A stretch of DNA of 64,000 nt from a candidate division FCPU426 bacterium (GCA_963796105.1 CAWCKJ010000003.1:384001-448000); one strand, 5' to 3'; shown: positions 38,062 to 48,148, numbered from the stretch's first letter. Numbers and translations: made by a program. Notes: a model not told the origin generated them from the sequence alone.

Positions 38062-38076
38062 GCCGCTAAATCAATA

Positions 38077-38874
38077 TCATGGAAATTGCTTCATAGTTGA
38101 AATGTCATACAGCATTGAATCGGAAGTTGAAACAGCCTTGGAATTTAACTCATATGCCCTTTGTGCGACTATCAAATTAACCATTTCACTCACCACATCA
38201 ACATTGGATGCCTCTAATTCACCCTGTTGAACTTGTGGAAAACCTACTGAACCAGGGGTGCCTTGAATCGGCGACCCGGAAGCGGGTGTCTCTTGATAAA
38301 GATTATTTCCTAATGCCTCTAACCCCGCAGGATTAACAAAGCGAGTTAATTCAAGCTGTCCAACTTGTGCCTGTTGGGTTCCACCAGCGGTTTGGATCAT
38401 AATCTGACCCGTTGCGGTTATCTGAATCTGCGAGGTATCAGCTGGAAGTTGAACAGGGGGATCTAAAAAATACCCATTTGCAGTAACCAGATTTCCATTA
38501 GCATCCTGGGTAAATGAACCATCCCTCGTATATGCAGTAGTTCCATTAGGAAGAGTTACCTGAAAAAAACTATTATCTCCCGCAATCAACAGATCAAGAG
38601 GATTATTCGTGTTTTGGATAGGGCCTTCAGTGAAAATCCTCTGCGTGGAAACCGGCTTGACACCTTCTCCTACTTGAAGACCTACAGGTGTGTTCGTGTC
38701 CGGAGACGTCGGATTACCAGCAGGCTTAAGATCCCGATATAAAAGATCCTGGAAATCAACTCTTTGCTTTTTAAAACCCGTTGTACTGACATTGGCAAGG
38801 TTGTTTGAAATTGTATCAATATTTAACTGTTGCGCAGCCATACCAGTTGCTGCTGTGTACAGTGACTGCATCAT
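38077..38874 (-). CDS. flgG: Distal rod protein
   Basis: MMQSLYTAATGMAAQQLNIDTISNNLANV, YTRDGSF, LEASNVDVVSEMVNLIVAQRAYE. Confidence 0.96.
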   Translation of the reverse strand: MMQSLYTAATGMAAQQLNIDTISNNLANVSTTGFKKQRVDFQDLLYRDLKPAGNPTSPDTNTPVGLQVGEGVKPVSTQRIFTEGPIQNTNNPLDLLIAGDNSFFQVTLPNGTTAYTRDGSFTQDANGNLVTANGYFLDPPVQLPADTSQIQITATGQIMIQTAGGTQQAQVGQLELTRFVNPAGLEALGNNLYQETPASGSPIQGTPGSVGFPQVQQGELEASNVDVVSEMVNLIVAQRAYELNSKAVSTSDSMLYDISTMKQFP

Positions 38875-38936
38875 AAAAGCCTCCTAAAGTTCATCGCTCT
38901 GGGAATAAACAAAATAACCAGAACTCTGATTTTTTT

Positions 38937-38991
38937 CACCGTATCAATCGATCCACGGTGAGAACGGTCTCCGCTTTGCAGTCCAACCGTT
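38937..38991 (-). promoter_or_regulatory. Structured flgG leader (two GGA-containing hairpins), candidate cis-regulatory RNA
   Basis: AACGGTT-GGA-CTGC-AAA-GCGG-A-GACCGTT then CACCGT-GGA-TCGATTGA-T-ACGGTG. Confidence 0.6.
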
Positions 38992-39024
38992 TTAAAACCC
39001 AAAATCAAATGATCGACAAACTTA

Positions 39025-39810
39025 TTAAACCCTTAAGGTCCCAATTTCAGTTGCAGCTTCATTTAAAACATGGTCATAAGTAGAAATAACCCTTGAATTC
39101 AACTCATAATTTCTATAAGTATCAATCATGTTTACCATTTCCATCATTGAATTAACGTTTGATTGCTCTAAATAACCTTGCTGAACTTGAATTCCATCCG
39201 GTGAACTATCTATTTTGTTTTGTGTTTTAACCTCGAATAAAGAATGTCCAACTTTATTGAGTTGATTTTCATTTTGAACTTTAACAATTAACAATTGATC
39301 CAAGGCTTTCCCGTCAACCATCAAATTCCCTTGTTGATCAGAAGTAACCTCAGTTCCATCAATATAAATTTCGCCATTATGTCCCAAGACCGGTAAACCA
39401 TCCTTTGTTACCAGTCGCCCATTTGAATCTAAGCTAAAGTTACCATCTCGAGTTAACCAAGTTTTTCCATCTGGTCCTAAAACCGAGAAAAAACCGGAAC
39501 CATTGAGTGCAAAATCAAGGGGACTTTTAGTCTCAAGGTGTGACCCTTGTGAATAATCAGTGGTTATCGTTTGTGGTATTACTCCTCCTCCCATAACTCC
39601 AATATTTGGCCTCAACTCAGCAGTACCATCCATCACATTAATTCGTTGATCATGAATTCTGGCAATTAAATAAGTTGGAAAAGCTACATCCACAGACCGG
39701 TTTTGCTTAAATCCAATAGTGCTGACGTTAGCCAAGTTGTTAGCAATAACGTCTTGTCGCGCAAGTGTAGAGTTCAAGCCAGATGCAGCAATGTATAGTC
39801 CGCTCGGCAC
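39025..39810 (-). CDS. flgF: Rod protein FlgF
   Basis: GLYIAASG...DVIANNLANVST.GFK, LTRDGNF, GYLEQSNVN; upstream of flgG; AAGGAG SD with GTG start. Confidence 0.88.
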   Translation of the reverse strand: MPSGLYIAASGLNSTLARQDVIANNLANVSTIGFKQNRSVDVAFPTYLIARIHDQRINVMDGTAELRPNIGVMGGGVIPQTITTDYSQGSHLETKSPLDFALNGSGFFSVLGPDGKTWLTRDGNFSLDSNGRLVTKDGLPVLGHNGEIYIDGTEVTSDQQGNLMVDGKALDQLLIVKVQNENQLNKVGHSLFEVKTQNKIDSSPDGIQVQQGYLEQSNVNSMMEMVNMIDTYRNYELNSRVISTYDHVLNEAATEIGTLRV

Positions 39811-39844
39811 TTTATAAACTCCTTAATGATTTATACTTTAAATA

Positions 39845-41419
39845 TCAACGGCTATGCACTGGCACAGCAGTTCCAGCTGCTTGAATAACGGTACTATAGG
39901 GTAATGCAACAGCACTTATTTCTTTGGATCTTGAACTTTCTGTTCCATCGTTTCCAACTGTCGTTAAAGAAAAGAAATATCTTTGTCCGACTTTTAACTT
40001 CCGAACCAGATAGGTTGGAACATTACTAATGGGCTGAGCATTTACTTTTTCAAACCGCCCACCTGAAACTTCTGAAATGTAAATATTATACCCTTTTGCA
40101 CTGATCTTTCCCGGATCAGCCAACCCCGCTATTCCGGCTTGCTTAGCAATATCAATGACACCCTCATTTTGAAGCTCGCTTTGAACCACAACCGGTGCGC
40201 CAGGAGCAGATGTCGTGCCAGCTATTATCTCTCTTGAATATTGACTTTCAACTGGAGGTACAGTATTGGTTATTGAACTTACCACAAAATAATAATGAGT
40301 ATTTTTCTCTAATCCACGTAGCGAATAATAATTTGCCTTTACCGGTTTTTGGTTGATTTTTACATAACCTCCACCAGAAGTTTTAGTGAAATAAACGTTA
40401 TATCCAGCCAAGGAAAGGGACGGTGAATTTACCCACCTAAGGGTAATAATATCGCCATCCACTGATGCATTTAAACCTTCCGGAATAAAACTTTTCACTT
40501 TCCCCAAGAAAGACTCGCCAAACCGCCAATTGGCAGAGATCCGATGCGTTGCTCCTAGAAATTCAGCATGACCCATATAAGCATAATCAATTCCCCAAGA
40601 TTTTGAACGATAACTGATCCCAGCAGTAAACTGTCCAGGAAGTGTCATAAAATCACTATACCCGGTTCTGATTCCAAGTTGGTCCTCAAAAAACCAGCCT
40701 TCAATACCTGCGTGCAACAGTGTATGATCCCCTACTGTTTGGTCACTAATGCTTTCAAATTCCCAAGCTGTAACTAAATCGTCAGTAAACTCATAACTAA
40801 ATCCACCCCTGACACTCAATGCAACCGGATCAACGTTTCCACCCTGCCAACGAATAGTTGTGTCCACATCTTGAGCGCATAAACCAATATTTATTTGTTT
40901 TCCATATCGAGGATTCAAAATTGGCATATGATATAGAAAACCCAGATCAAGGCCCCAACCAGTAGCTTGAAGTCCTGGTTGATTTGACGAATCCGCACCA
41001 TAAAGTTTTAAATTCAGCCCGCAAGAAATAGACTTATCAATCGCTAATGGCGCTGCAAAAGACCCATAATAAATCCGTTCATTCAAGGAGCCGTCAGTAA
41101 AAAAATGTTGTTGAGTGGCAATTGCCCACGCCATTTGATCGCCAAAAGGCTGCACATACACGCCTTCAAAATCATCCTCTTTTCCGTTTAAAAGAATTGC
41201 GGCCATTCCTGATATTTCAGGGCGTAAAACTTGAACAAGACCAGCAGGATTGAAAAAAACCGCATCACCAGAATCCGCTACTGTTGTAAATGCCCCACCC
41301 ATTCCCAAAGGTCGAGCACCAATACCCGTAACGCCGCCTTTAGCAAAAGTCTGTGCTTTCACAGAAGTTATCGGCAGCAAAAGCAATAATAGGATGGCAG
41401 CTAAATTCCTAATAACCAT
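39845..41419 (-). CDS. PorV-like beta-barrel fused to two fibronectin type III domains
   Basis: GIGARPLGMGGAFTTVADSGDAVFFNPAGL...IDYAY...THRISANWRFG, then two (A/K)GYN(V/I)Y...L...Y(Y/F)F FN3-like modules. Confidence 0.82.
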   Translation of the reverse strand: MVIRNLAAILLLLLLPITSVKAQTFAKGGVTGIGARPLGMGGAFTTVADSGDAVFFNPAGLVQVLRPEISGMAAILLNGKEDDFEGVYVQPFGDQMAWAIATQQHFFTDGSLNERIYYGSFAAPLAIDKSISCGLNLKLYGADSSNQPGLQATGWGLDLGFLYHMPILNPRYGKQINIGLCAQDVDTTIRWQGGNVDPVALSVRGGFSYEFTDDLVTAWEFESISDQTVGDHTLLHAGIEGWFFEDQLGIRTGYSDFMTLPGQFTAGISYRSKSWGIDYAYMGHAEFLGATHRISANWRFGESFLGKVKSFIPEGLNASVDGDIITLRWVNSPSLSLAGYNVYFTKTSGGGYVKINQKPVKANYYSLRGLEKNTHYYFVVSSITNTVPPVESQYSREIIAGTTSAPGAPVVVQSELQNEGVIDIAKQAGIAGLADPGKISAKGYNIYISEVSGGRFEKVNAQPISNVPTYLVRKLKVGQRYFFSLTTVGNDGTESSRSKEISAVALPYSTVIQAAGTAVPVHSR

Positions 41420-43589
41420 TCGGGCCTACCTTCTCACCATTTATATGGATGTCCGAAAGCTGCAAAAACTGTAACTGATTTATTTTCCCAACAGCAAAAT
41501 TAGCAGCCACTTGGGTTGGAGTAATTATAACCAATTCATTTTTTCCATAATATACACGAGTTGATATCTCTTTTAAACCTGTTCCTACTGAATTCACACC
41601 CGTTTTTACCACTTCTCCCGCTTCTTGGAATATATAAGGGACATATGTCAAATGGGAACGATAATTTATAATAATAATAGCGTCCCCATTAAGGTTTTTA
41701 TCAAAATGAGCATTTAGCACTTGATCTGGGTTCAAATGGTTAAATCCCATTACCGGAACATTACCAGCTTCCGGATAACCCGTATTATTGGCAGAATCAG
41801 TCGGGTTAACATTTTTCTGCTGAGCATTAGCGGTATTGGATACTAATTCCATGGATTCAAGCATTTTCTTGAGATTTTCCTGAGCCAAAGTTGTAAGTTT
41901 TTTCCGTTCTTGCTCAAGTAATGATTGTTGTTGTCGGCGAATGTTGATAAGTTTAGCCGAGTCTTTAATTGATCCCTCATTTACAGAGGATAATATTTCA
42001 ATTGTTTGAACGGGGGTTGAACCAATATGTTCTAATTGATCTTGGACTTGAAAAGCCCAAGTATAAACACCCGGCGGTAAGGGTTGATACTCATCATCTT
42101 CACCACTCCAAAGCAATTTAGTTGTAGGTGATCCAACCCCTCTTAAACCCCTCACCAAATGGTTGTTTTTATCATAAATTAATACGCTCCAACGATTAAC
42201 TGTAACATCCTCAGTTGTATCTAAATGAAATTCCGCTTTTTCACCTTGAGCAGGAAAAAATGAGGCCGGTTGAACATAAGCTCCTACTTTAGGTGGCGGC
42301 AACTCCTCTCCTCCGCCAAAGCGATAAGCCATTCCAATATAAAAATTCTCAAAATTTATACCACCCGTGTCATATGAACCAATAGCTGATCCCGCTGTTA
42401 CACTCGCAGAAGGAGAAACTGGCAAAAGATAAGCCGCATCTGTTTGAAAATCTCCGTTGAAAGCTCTTAAGCTTAATCCTAATGAAAAAATTCCGGGACG
42501 ACTTAAAGGCGTTGAATAACCCCCACGTACGGCCATAACGTCCCTAAAAAACCAGAATTCTGTTCCGAAACGAAGATATTTATTATCGGAATCCGAAAAT
42601 CTCGGATCAGAAATTTGGTCAAAATCAATTGCAGTAATATTTCGTATTTTAAATAAGTAAGCATTTTTATACGCAAATCCTAATGTGATTTCTGGCGGAA
42701 TGTTAGCTTGATATCCTGGTCCCACATTAAAAGTAATGGGGGTAGCACCAGGAGGAATGTACAAGATATTAGAACCCGCAGTTAGGCCATTTGGATATTG
42801 CGCCAAACCCACTAAATCGTTCAAAGCTAAACCAATTCTAAATTCCTCTGAATATTTAGTTATTGGAATTCTATAAAGGATACCAACATCCACTCCAAAT
42901 CCGGTAACTTGAGTCGCATTATTAAGTGCCTTTGCCAAACTAGGGTCATTTCCAAAATATCGTATGTAATAAGGATCGTTTGTAATTCTTTTTATATTAA
43001 CTCCAACCGAAAAATTCCTAACAGCAGAAAAACGAGCCGCATAAGAAAGAAGAATTTCACTTTGTTGAAAACTCGGATTTTGAAGATAACTAAATTGCGA
43101 CGATGTCGGTTGATCTAAAAAATTATTTCCAATATATAAATTGCGTTGATCGTGAAAGGGCCGGAAAAGAGATATCCCTAATGTATTTTCTTTTGCAAGT
43201 GGAGCAATAAATTGGAAGGAAGCGTACCATGGAAATCCAAATCCAGGCTTTCCATTAACCTTGTCCATGAAATAATCGGGAGCACTTGAGATTGATAATT
43301 CGTAAGATGAAAGCTGAGCCAAACCAGCAACATTCCAATAAGCTGCTGATGCATCATCCGAAATTGCGACAAATGCCCCACCCATTCCAATAGCCCTGGG
43401 ACCAATTCCTGAGGTTTCCTTCCATCCGAAAATAGGGTTGATCGTTTGAGAATAAGCAACATTTGCAAATAAAATAATAAATAAAAAACCAATTAATAAA
43501 TTAAGATTTCGTTTATGCGCATTCGAGTACCGAATAATTCTTTTATTTAATTTTTGCACCTTTATCATCACCCTTCTTGTTTTACCCAA
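41409..43589 (-). CDS. PorV-like beta-barrel plus FlgD-Ig-like domain and coiled-coil tail
   Basis: GIGPRAIGMGGAFVAISDDASAAYWNVAGL; WSVLIYDKNNHLVR...LLWSGEDDEYQPLPPGVY; start may lie slightly downstream. Confidence 0.8.
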   Translation of the reverse strand: MGKTRRVMIKVQKLNKRIIRYSNAHKRNLNLLIGFLFIILFANVAYSQTINPIFGWKETSGIGPRAIGMGGAFVAISDDASAAYWNVAGLAQLSSYELSISSAPDYFMDKVNGKPGFGFPWYASFQFIAPLAKENTLGISLFRPFHDQRNLYIGNNFLDQPTSSQFSYLQNPSFQQSEILLSYAARFSAVRNFSVGVNIKRITNDPYYIRYFGNDPSLAKALNNATQVTGFGVDVGILYRIPITKYSEEFRIGLALNDLVGLAQYPNGLTAGSNILYIPPGATPITFNVGPGYQANIPPEITLGFAYKNAYLFKIRNITAIDFDQISDPRFSDSDNKYLRFGTEFWFFRDVMAVRGGYSTPLSRPGIFSLGLSLRAFNGDFQTDAAYLLPVSPSASVTAGSAIGSYDTGGINFENFYIGMAYRFGGGEELPPPKVGAYVQPASFFPAQGEKAEFHLDTTEDVTVNRWSVLIYDKNNHLVRGLRGVGSPTTKLLWSGEDDEYQPLPPGVYTWAFQVQDQLEHIGSTPVQTIEILSSVNEGSIKDSAKLINIRRQQQSLLEQERKKLTTLAQENLKKMLESMELVSNTANAQQKNVNPTDSANNTGYPEAGNVPVMGFNHLNPDQVLNAHFDKNLNGDAIIIINYRSHLTYVPYIFQEAGEVVKTGVNSVGTGLKEISTRVYYGKNELVIITPTQVAANFAVGKINQLQFLQLSDIHINGEKVGPNGY

Positions 43590-43620
43590 ATCATATTGAA
43601 TAAAACGATTATTTTATATT

Positions 43621-43920
43621 TTATTTCACTTTTTCGCCAGTATCTGTTTTGTAAATCGCCACCAAAATTTCCGCAACAATTTGATATAGGTTAGATGGTA
43701 TATCTTGGTTTATGTTTAGTTTATCGAGCATATCGACAAGTAACCTGTCTTCTAAAACAGGAACTCCATTTTTTTTTGCGATATTTATTAATCTTTCCGC
43801 AATCATCCCTTTCCCTTTTGCAATAATGCGTGGTGCAGGCATTGTTTTCTTATCATACCTAAGTGCGATAGCAGTTTTACGAAGAATTCTCTTTCGCGGC
43901 AAAGATTCCGGAGGGCTCAA
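43621..43920 (-). CDS. FlhB C-terminal-like protein (YlqH/EscU-type)
   Basis: AIALRYDKKTMPAPRIIAKGKG.IAERLINIAKKNGVP...IPSNLYQIVAEIL. Confidence 0.9.
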   Translation of the reverse strand: MSPPESLPRKRILRKTAIALRYDKKTMPAPRIIAKGKGMIAERLINIAKKNGVPVLEDRLLVDMLDKLNINQDIPSNLYQIVAEILVAIYKTDTGEKVK

Positions 43921-44075
43921 ACCTCATCCAATCCATTTCAGTAGTGGCCCTACAGGGACACTTATTCCCGCTTCAAAACAATGGTTATACTCATAAATTA
44001 AAAAACAGTTTATCTTATAAATTTTACTCTAAACGCATTTTATATCTCATTGTTTAACCCTTTTCCATTTTAGAA

Positions 44076-44242
44076 GTGAAACATCTCCACGGGCGTAAAG
44101 GTCGGGGCTTCGGGCCGTGGTGGGATCTAAAAACAAGAGCAAATCAAAGTTCCTCACCTGCGGACCGCCTAAACCCGTCAGCCCTCCGAGCTGCCATTCA
44201 TCCCTAGGTTTAAAAGCCTGGGGATTAACTGGCGATTTTTAA
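44076..44242 (-). mobile_element. Non-autonomous IS200/IS605-family miniature element (LE and RE hairpins only)
   Basis: GC-rich patch; LE-like ATCGCCAGTTAATCCCCAGGCTTTTAAACCTAGGGATGAATGGC and RE-like GAAGCCCCGACCTTTACGCCCGTGGAGATGTTTCAC. Confidence 0.62.
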
Positions 44243-44293
44243 TAGACTAACTTTATTTATCATGAATTGACAAAATAAGGTTTTACTTTAAGC

Positions 44294-44911
44294 TCAATTC
44301 GGCGTTGTAAAATTTCTTCCCCTTAAATTTAAAATCAGTTGTATCTCCGCCAAACTCAATTTTGTTATTTTCGCAATTTCGTTTAATTCGTAATCATCAT
44401 CAACCAAACGATAAATTTCTTTTACAATTGATGAAGAAAAACTTACCATTTCCTCGCCTTGTATGAATTGCGGTTTTTTAAAACCTTTTTTCGGTACATT
44501 TATAATTTCATTTGTCCCACGGGTATTTTTTTTAATACCATTGTCCGTATTATTCGATCCTTTAAACATCGCAGTATTATCAGGCAATAGACATTTTAAA
44601 TCATTAGTTGATTTATTAATTTTGGAGTGCAAAATTTTCATATTGTGAATATTTATTTCTAGTTCTTCTTTTTTTTTATCCGCAGATTCAACTTGAGCTC
44701 GAACTTCATCTGTAACTTTTTTTCCAACTTCTTTCATAATTAATAATAATTCTTGAAGATTATTTTTCATTTCTTGGATCTGAATATCATTAATCAAATC
44801 AATATCCTCTTTTTTGCGAGAGATTAAACTAGTGGAATAATGAAACAAAAAAAGAATAGAAAACAGTAAAACTGTGTCAAATAAAACTTGAGTAATTATA
44901 AAAATTACCAC
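44294..44911 (-). CDS. Membrane-anchored coiled-coil protein with C-terminal HTH (DUF2802/DUF6115-like)
   Basis: N-terminal TM; IYRLVDDDYELNEIAKITKLSLAEIQLILNL. Confidence 0.7.
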   Translation of the reverse strand: MVIFIITQVLFDTVLLFSILFLFHYSTSLISRKKEDIDLINDIQIQEMKNNLQELLLIMKEVGKKVTDEVRAQVESADKKKEELEINIHNMKILHSKINKSTNDLKCLLPDNTAMFKGSNNTDNGIKKNTRGTNEIINVPKKGFKKPQFIQGEEMVSFSSSIVKEIYRLVDDDYELNEIAKITKLSLAEIQLILNLRGRNFTTPN

Positions 44912-44912
44912 T

Positions 44913-45233
44913 TTAAACCTTTATGTCGATGTGGTTTTTACTACTTTTTACAAAATTCGATTCCTCATTCTTAATGTTCTTATCCCCTTCGTAATAACCT
45001 TCTTCGCCATTAAATTGTTGATGACTCGATTGATCTTCGTCCTGAATCAGACTCAGATGGTTTGAATTTGATTTTTCCGATTCTTGAACTTGTTCCCTTA
45101 TTTTTCTTAAGTGCTCCATCGATTCCAATTGCGTTAAAATTTGTTTTCTGTTTTGTTCCGATTGAAAAACCACCTGCATTTTAGCTAGCGCATCCCCCTG
45201 CATTTTTAAATAATTACCATCTAAACCGTACAT
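44913..45233 (-). CDS. Hypothetical flagellar-operon protein
   Basis: Directly downstream of fapA; ends NHIDIKV. Confidence 0.7.
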   Translation of the reverse strand: MYGLDGNYLKMQGDALAKMQVVFQSEQNRKQILTQLESMEHLRKIREQVQESEKSNSNHLSLIQDEDQSSHQQFNGEEGYYEGDKNIKNEESNFVKSSKNHIDIKV

Positions 45234-45240
45234 TTTTCCC

Positions 45241-46932
45241 TCAATTTCCTCTAAAAGGCCCGACTTTTATTTCCCCATCTGATTCAGTAAGTGTGCAATA
45301 TTTCAACTCCTCCGTTATTTGACGAGAAGATCTATTGATCGTAATTTTAACACCCGTATGAATTATTCCCATGCAAGTCACTTTTGCTCTTTTTCTTCTA
45401 TCTTCAGCCGCATCCTGATCACGTTTTTCCAATTCTTGTTTTTTTTCTGTTAGAGTTTTAGTATCAGCAATTAATTTAAATTGAGCCCTCGTCAATTTTG
45501 TAAAAAGTTCCTTTTTATCCGGGGGCAAATTACCGCCCATTTTATTTTGTAAATCTTTTAAAAACTGGACACCTTTTCGGGTCTTATCAAGATTTTCTAT
45601 GGAGTTTTTTAATTCAGTCTCGATTTTATGCAATTCATCTCTCAATCCAATTGCTTCACCAACAATAACTTCTGTTGGGGTTGCGAAATTGGATCCCATT
45701 GATGCTGCGTTAACCTCGTATCCAGCAATTACCTGTCCACCGACAATAACGCCTTTTCTTCCAGCCACGGTTATTTTCCCGCCTACGGTTATTTTGCTGT
45801 GCATAATAGCTTGAGAGCAATTGAGGTTACCAGCAGCCTCAACTGTTGCATTACGAATGTATTTAATAATCGCATCACCCTGACAAGTTATTTTCGCCTT
45901 GTCATTTCCACTTACACCACCAGCAATTGTCAATTTTCCACCGCTTTTAATTTCCGCACCTTCTACTACACCATTAACAATTACATCTTCTCCCGCATAA
46001 AGTTTAAATCCATCTTTCACATCACCACGAACAATAACAGTTCCTATAAAATCGATGTTACCAGTAGACAAATTGATGTCTCCCGGAATTTCAAACAACG
46101 CCATTACTGATATTTTATTGTCTTTAACTATTACCTGCCCATCTGCATCAGCAATAAACTCATCTTTGTTTTCAGGGTTTAGAACAACACCCTTAGCGGC
46201 AATTATTTCTATATCTTTGCCATCTTTAGCCTCTATTGGCTTCCCAGTTACAGTCATTCCGTGAGTACCTTTAGTAGGTGGGATTTTACGAGCCAATAAA
46301 GTACCTTTAGTTATATTATCGATCTTATGAACTGCACGATAATCCACTCTTCCGTCTTCAGTCTCCTCAAGAACAGGAACTTGGGTTTCCTCTTCCACCT
46401 TCTTTTTGTAAAGATATTCAACTCGAGCATCTTCCCCATTGTTCACGGGTGTACCAAAAGCAATTTCCATTTCTACTGGTTCAATAAAATTTTTCAATTC
46501 AGCTAATTTTATTAATTTTTCAGATAATTCACTCACACGAGTTTCATCAAGGCCATAAATAACATTTCTGTTCTTCAAAGTTTCACGGACTTCTTCTATA
46601 GTTGAAAAATGTCCATTTTCACCTTGTGGCGGAACTATTGTTACCTTAGCAAGCATTTCATCATCACTGATCTCAACAAAAATCTGTTCCTGACCGTCGA
46701 TTAACGCGAATTTATTTTGGGCGATTTTTTGAGCGCGACCCGCCGCTTGAGAAATAATTTGATTTAATAAATTTGGGTTGTTAATTTCCACTTTGAATTT
46801 TGCCAATTCTTTTTTGACATCCTCTAGAACAACCCTATTTCCTTTTCCAGTGGGAGGAAACACCGTCAAATAAATACCATCGTTTTCTTTGGTAACAGTT
46901 ATGTAGCCATTTATATCTTTAGTTCCGACCAT
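45241..46932 (-). CDS. fapA: FapA/DUF342 flagellar assembly protein
   Basis: GDINLSTGNIDFIGTVIVRGDVKDGF, beta-helix, GRKGVIVGG; GAGGAGG SD before ATG 46932. Confidence 0.9.
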   Translation of the reverse strand: MVGTKDINGYITVTKENDGIYLTVFPPTGKGNRVVLEDVKKELAKFKVEINNPNLLNQIISQAAGRAQKIAQNKFALIDGQEQIFVEISDDEMLAKVTIVPPQGENGHFSTIEEVRETLKNRNVIYGLDETRVSELSEKLIKLAELKNFIEPVEMEIAFGTPVNNGEDARVEYLYKKKVEEETQVPVLEETEDGRVDYRAVHKIDNITKGTLLARKIPPTKGTHGMTVTGKPIEAKDGKDIEIIAAKGVVLNPENKDEFIADADGQVIVKDNKISVMALFEIPGDINLSTGNIDFIGTVIVRGDVKDGFKLYAGEDVIVNGVVEGAEIKSGGKLTIAGGVSGNDKAKITCQGDAIIKYIRNATVEAAGNLNCSQAIMHSKITVGGKITVAGRKGVIVGGQVIAGYEVNAASMGSNFATPTEVIVGEAIGLRDELHKIETELKNSIENLDKTRKGVQFLKDLQNKMGGNLPPDKKELFTKLTRAQFKLIADTKTLTEKKQELEKRDQDAAEDRRKRAKVTCMGIIHTGVKITINRSSRQITEELKYCTLTESDGEIKVGPFRGN

Positions 46933-47725
46933 GTTTCCTCCTCTCACCCACTAATTCCTGTAACCGATAAACAGCCATATTATGAATCTGGCAAATACGA
47001 GATTCACTAACTTTCAAAATCTTTCCAATTTGCTTAAAAGTTAAATTTTCAACATAATATAAATGTAAAACATTTTGTTCAGACTCTTTAAGCAGAAGTA
47101 AAGCTTTCGCAACTCGATCAATTTTCTCTTGTTTTTCAACTTTATCAAGAGGATTTTCAACCCCATTATCCGACAATAAATCGGCTAAAGTATCACCTTC
47201 TAGACCATTTTCAACATACGCTACGTCCAACGAAAGAAGGTTAAGCATATTGATTTCTGCAATCCAATCATAAAGATCTCCAAGACAAATTCCTAAATAT
47301 TTAGCAATTTCTTCTTCACGGGGTAATCTTCCAAATTTACCTTGTAATTTTTTTTCAGCTTCCTTTATTGCCCTTCCTTGCTTTCGTAAATTCCTTCTTG
47401 CAAAATCAAGGTTCCGTAGTTCATCTATCATTTGGCCCCGAATACGATATCGAGCATATGATTCAAAAGCAATTTCCGGATTTAACACTTTTTCTTTAGG
47501 CGGAATAAAACGATCAATAGCCTGCAAAAGACCAATTACACCAGCAGAAACTAAATCTTCTTTCTTTTCTAAGTAAGCATTCAATGGTAACCTTGATAAT
47601 AATCTTCTGCTTTCGCCATCAACTAAAAAATAATACTCCAATGCTATTTTGTCACGAACAGCTAAATCCTTCTTGTTTTTTAAAAATCTTAGCCACAGTG
47701 AATGTGATTTCCCTCCAGTGTTCAT
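46919..47725 (-). CDS. fliA: RNA polymerase sigma28
   Basis: DLVSAGVIGLLQAIDRF, FESYARYRIRGQMIDELR, LTFKQIGKILKVSESRICQIH. Confidence 0.93.
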   Translation of the reverse strand: MNTGGKSHSLWLRFLKNKKDLAVRDKIALEYYFLVDGESRRLLSRLPLNAYLEKKEDLVSAGVIGLLQAIDRFIPPKEKVLNPEIAFESYARYRIRGQMIDELRNLDFARRNLRKQGRAIKEAEKKLQGKFGRLPREEEIAKYLGICLGDLYDWIAEINMLNLLSLDVAYVENGLEGDTLADLLSDNGVENPLDKVEKQEKIDRVAKALLLLKESEQNVLHLYYVENLTFKQIGKILKVSESRICQIHNMAVYRLQELVGERRKHGRN

Positions 47726-47740
47726 TTACCTTAACGGTGT

Positions 47741-48148
47741 TTACTTATCAGGGGAAAATTCAGGGAAAGTAAAATCAATTGTTTTACCTTTATCATTATT
47801 GTCGTCAGAAGTATTTTCTTGACCTGATCTAGTTTCTTGCTGTTCCGTTTTGAACCTCATATCAATTGAAACATCCTTTAACAAGTTTTCACGATTTAAT
47901 AAATTTATAAAATAACGAAGAAAAAACCATAATATAACCACTCCCAAAAGAAAACCCGCAAAAGAAGCGCCTAAAAATGCTAATACTAAACTATCCATAG
48001 GCACCCCCTGGTAAGCTCCAATCATTGTTATAATTAAAAAACCAAATGCCGAACCAATTGAACCAGAAACCATATACATTCTAACTAAACTGGATGGTTT
48101 CTCTTTGGTGATTTCATAGTATTGTTTATTTTTGGGCCTGTCAGACAT
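47741..48148 (-). CDS. Hypothetical two-TM membrane protein
   Basis: Two hydrophobic helices; ends KGKTIDFTFPE; GAGGAG SD. Confidence 0.7.
   Translation of the reverse strand: MSDRPKNKQYYEITKEKPSSLVRMYMVSGSIGSAFGFLIITMIGAYQGVPMDSLVLAFLGASFAGFLLGVVILWFFLRYFINLLNRENLLKDVSIDMRFKTEQQETRSGQENTSDDNNDKGKTIDFTFPEFSPDK

Noticed and set aside
43921..44030. Minus-strand open stretch ending ...GPLLKWIG* before the FlhB-like gene (possible gene remnant)
   Set aside because: Short, no start codon and no recognisable homology
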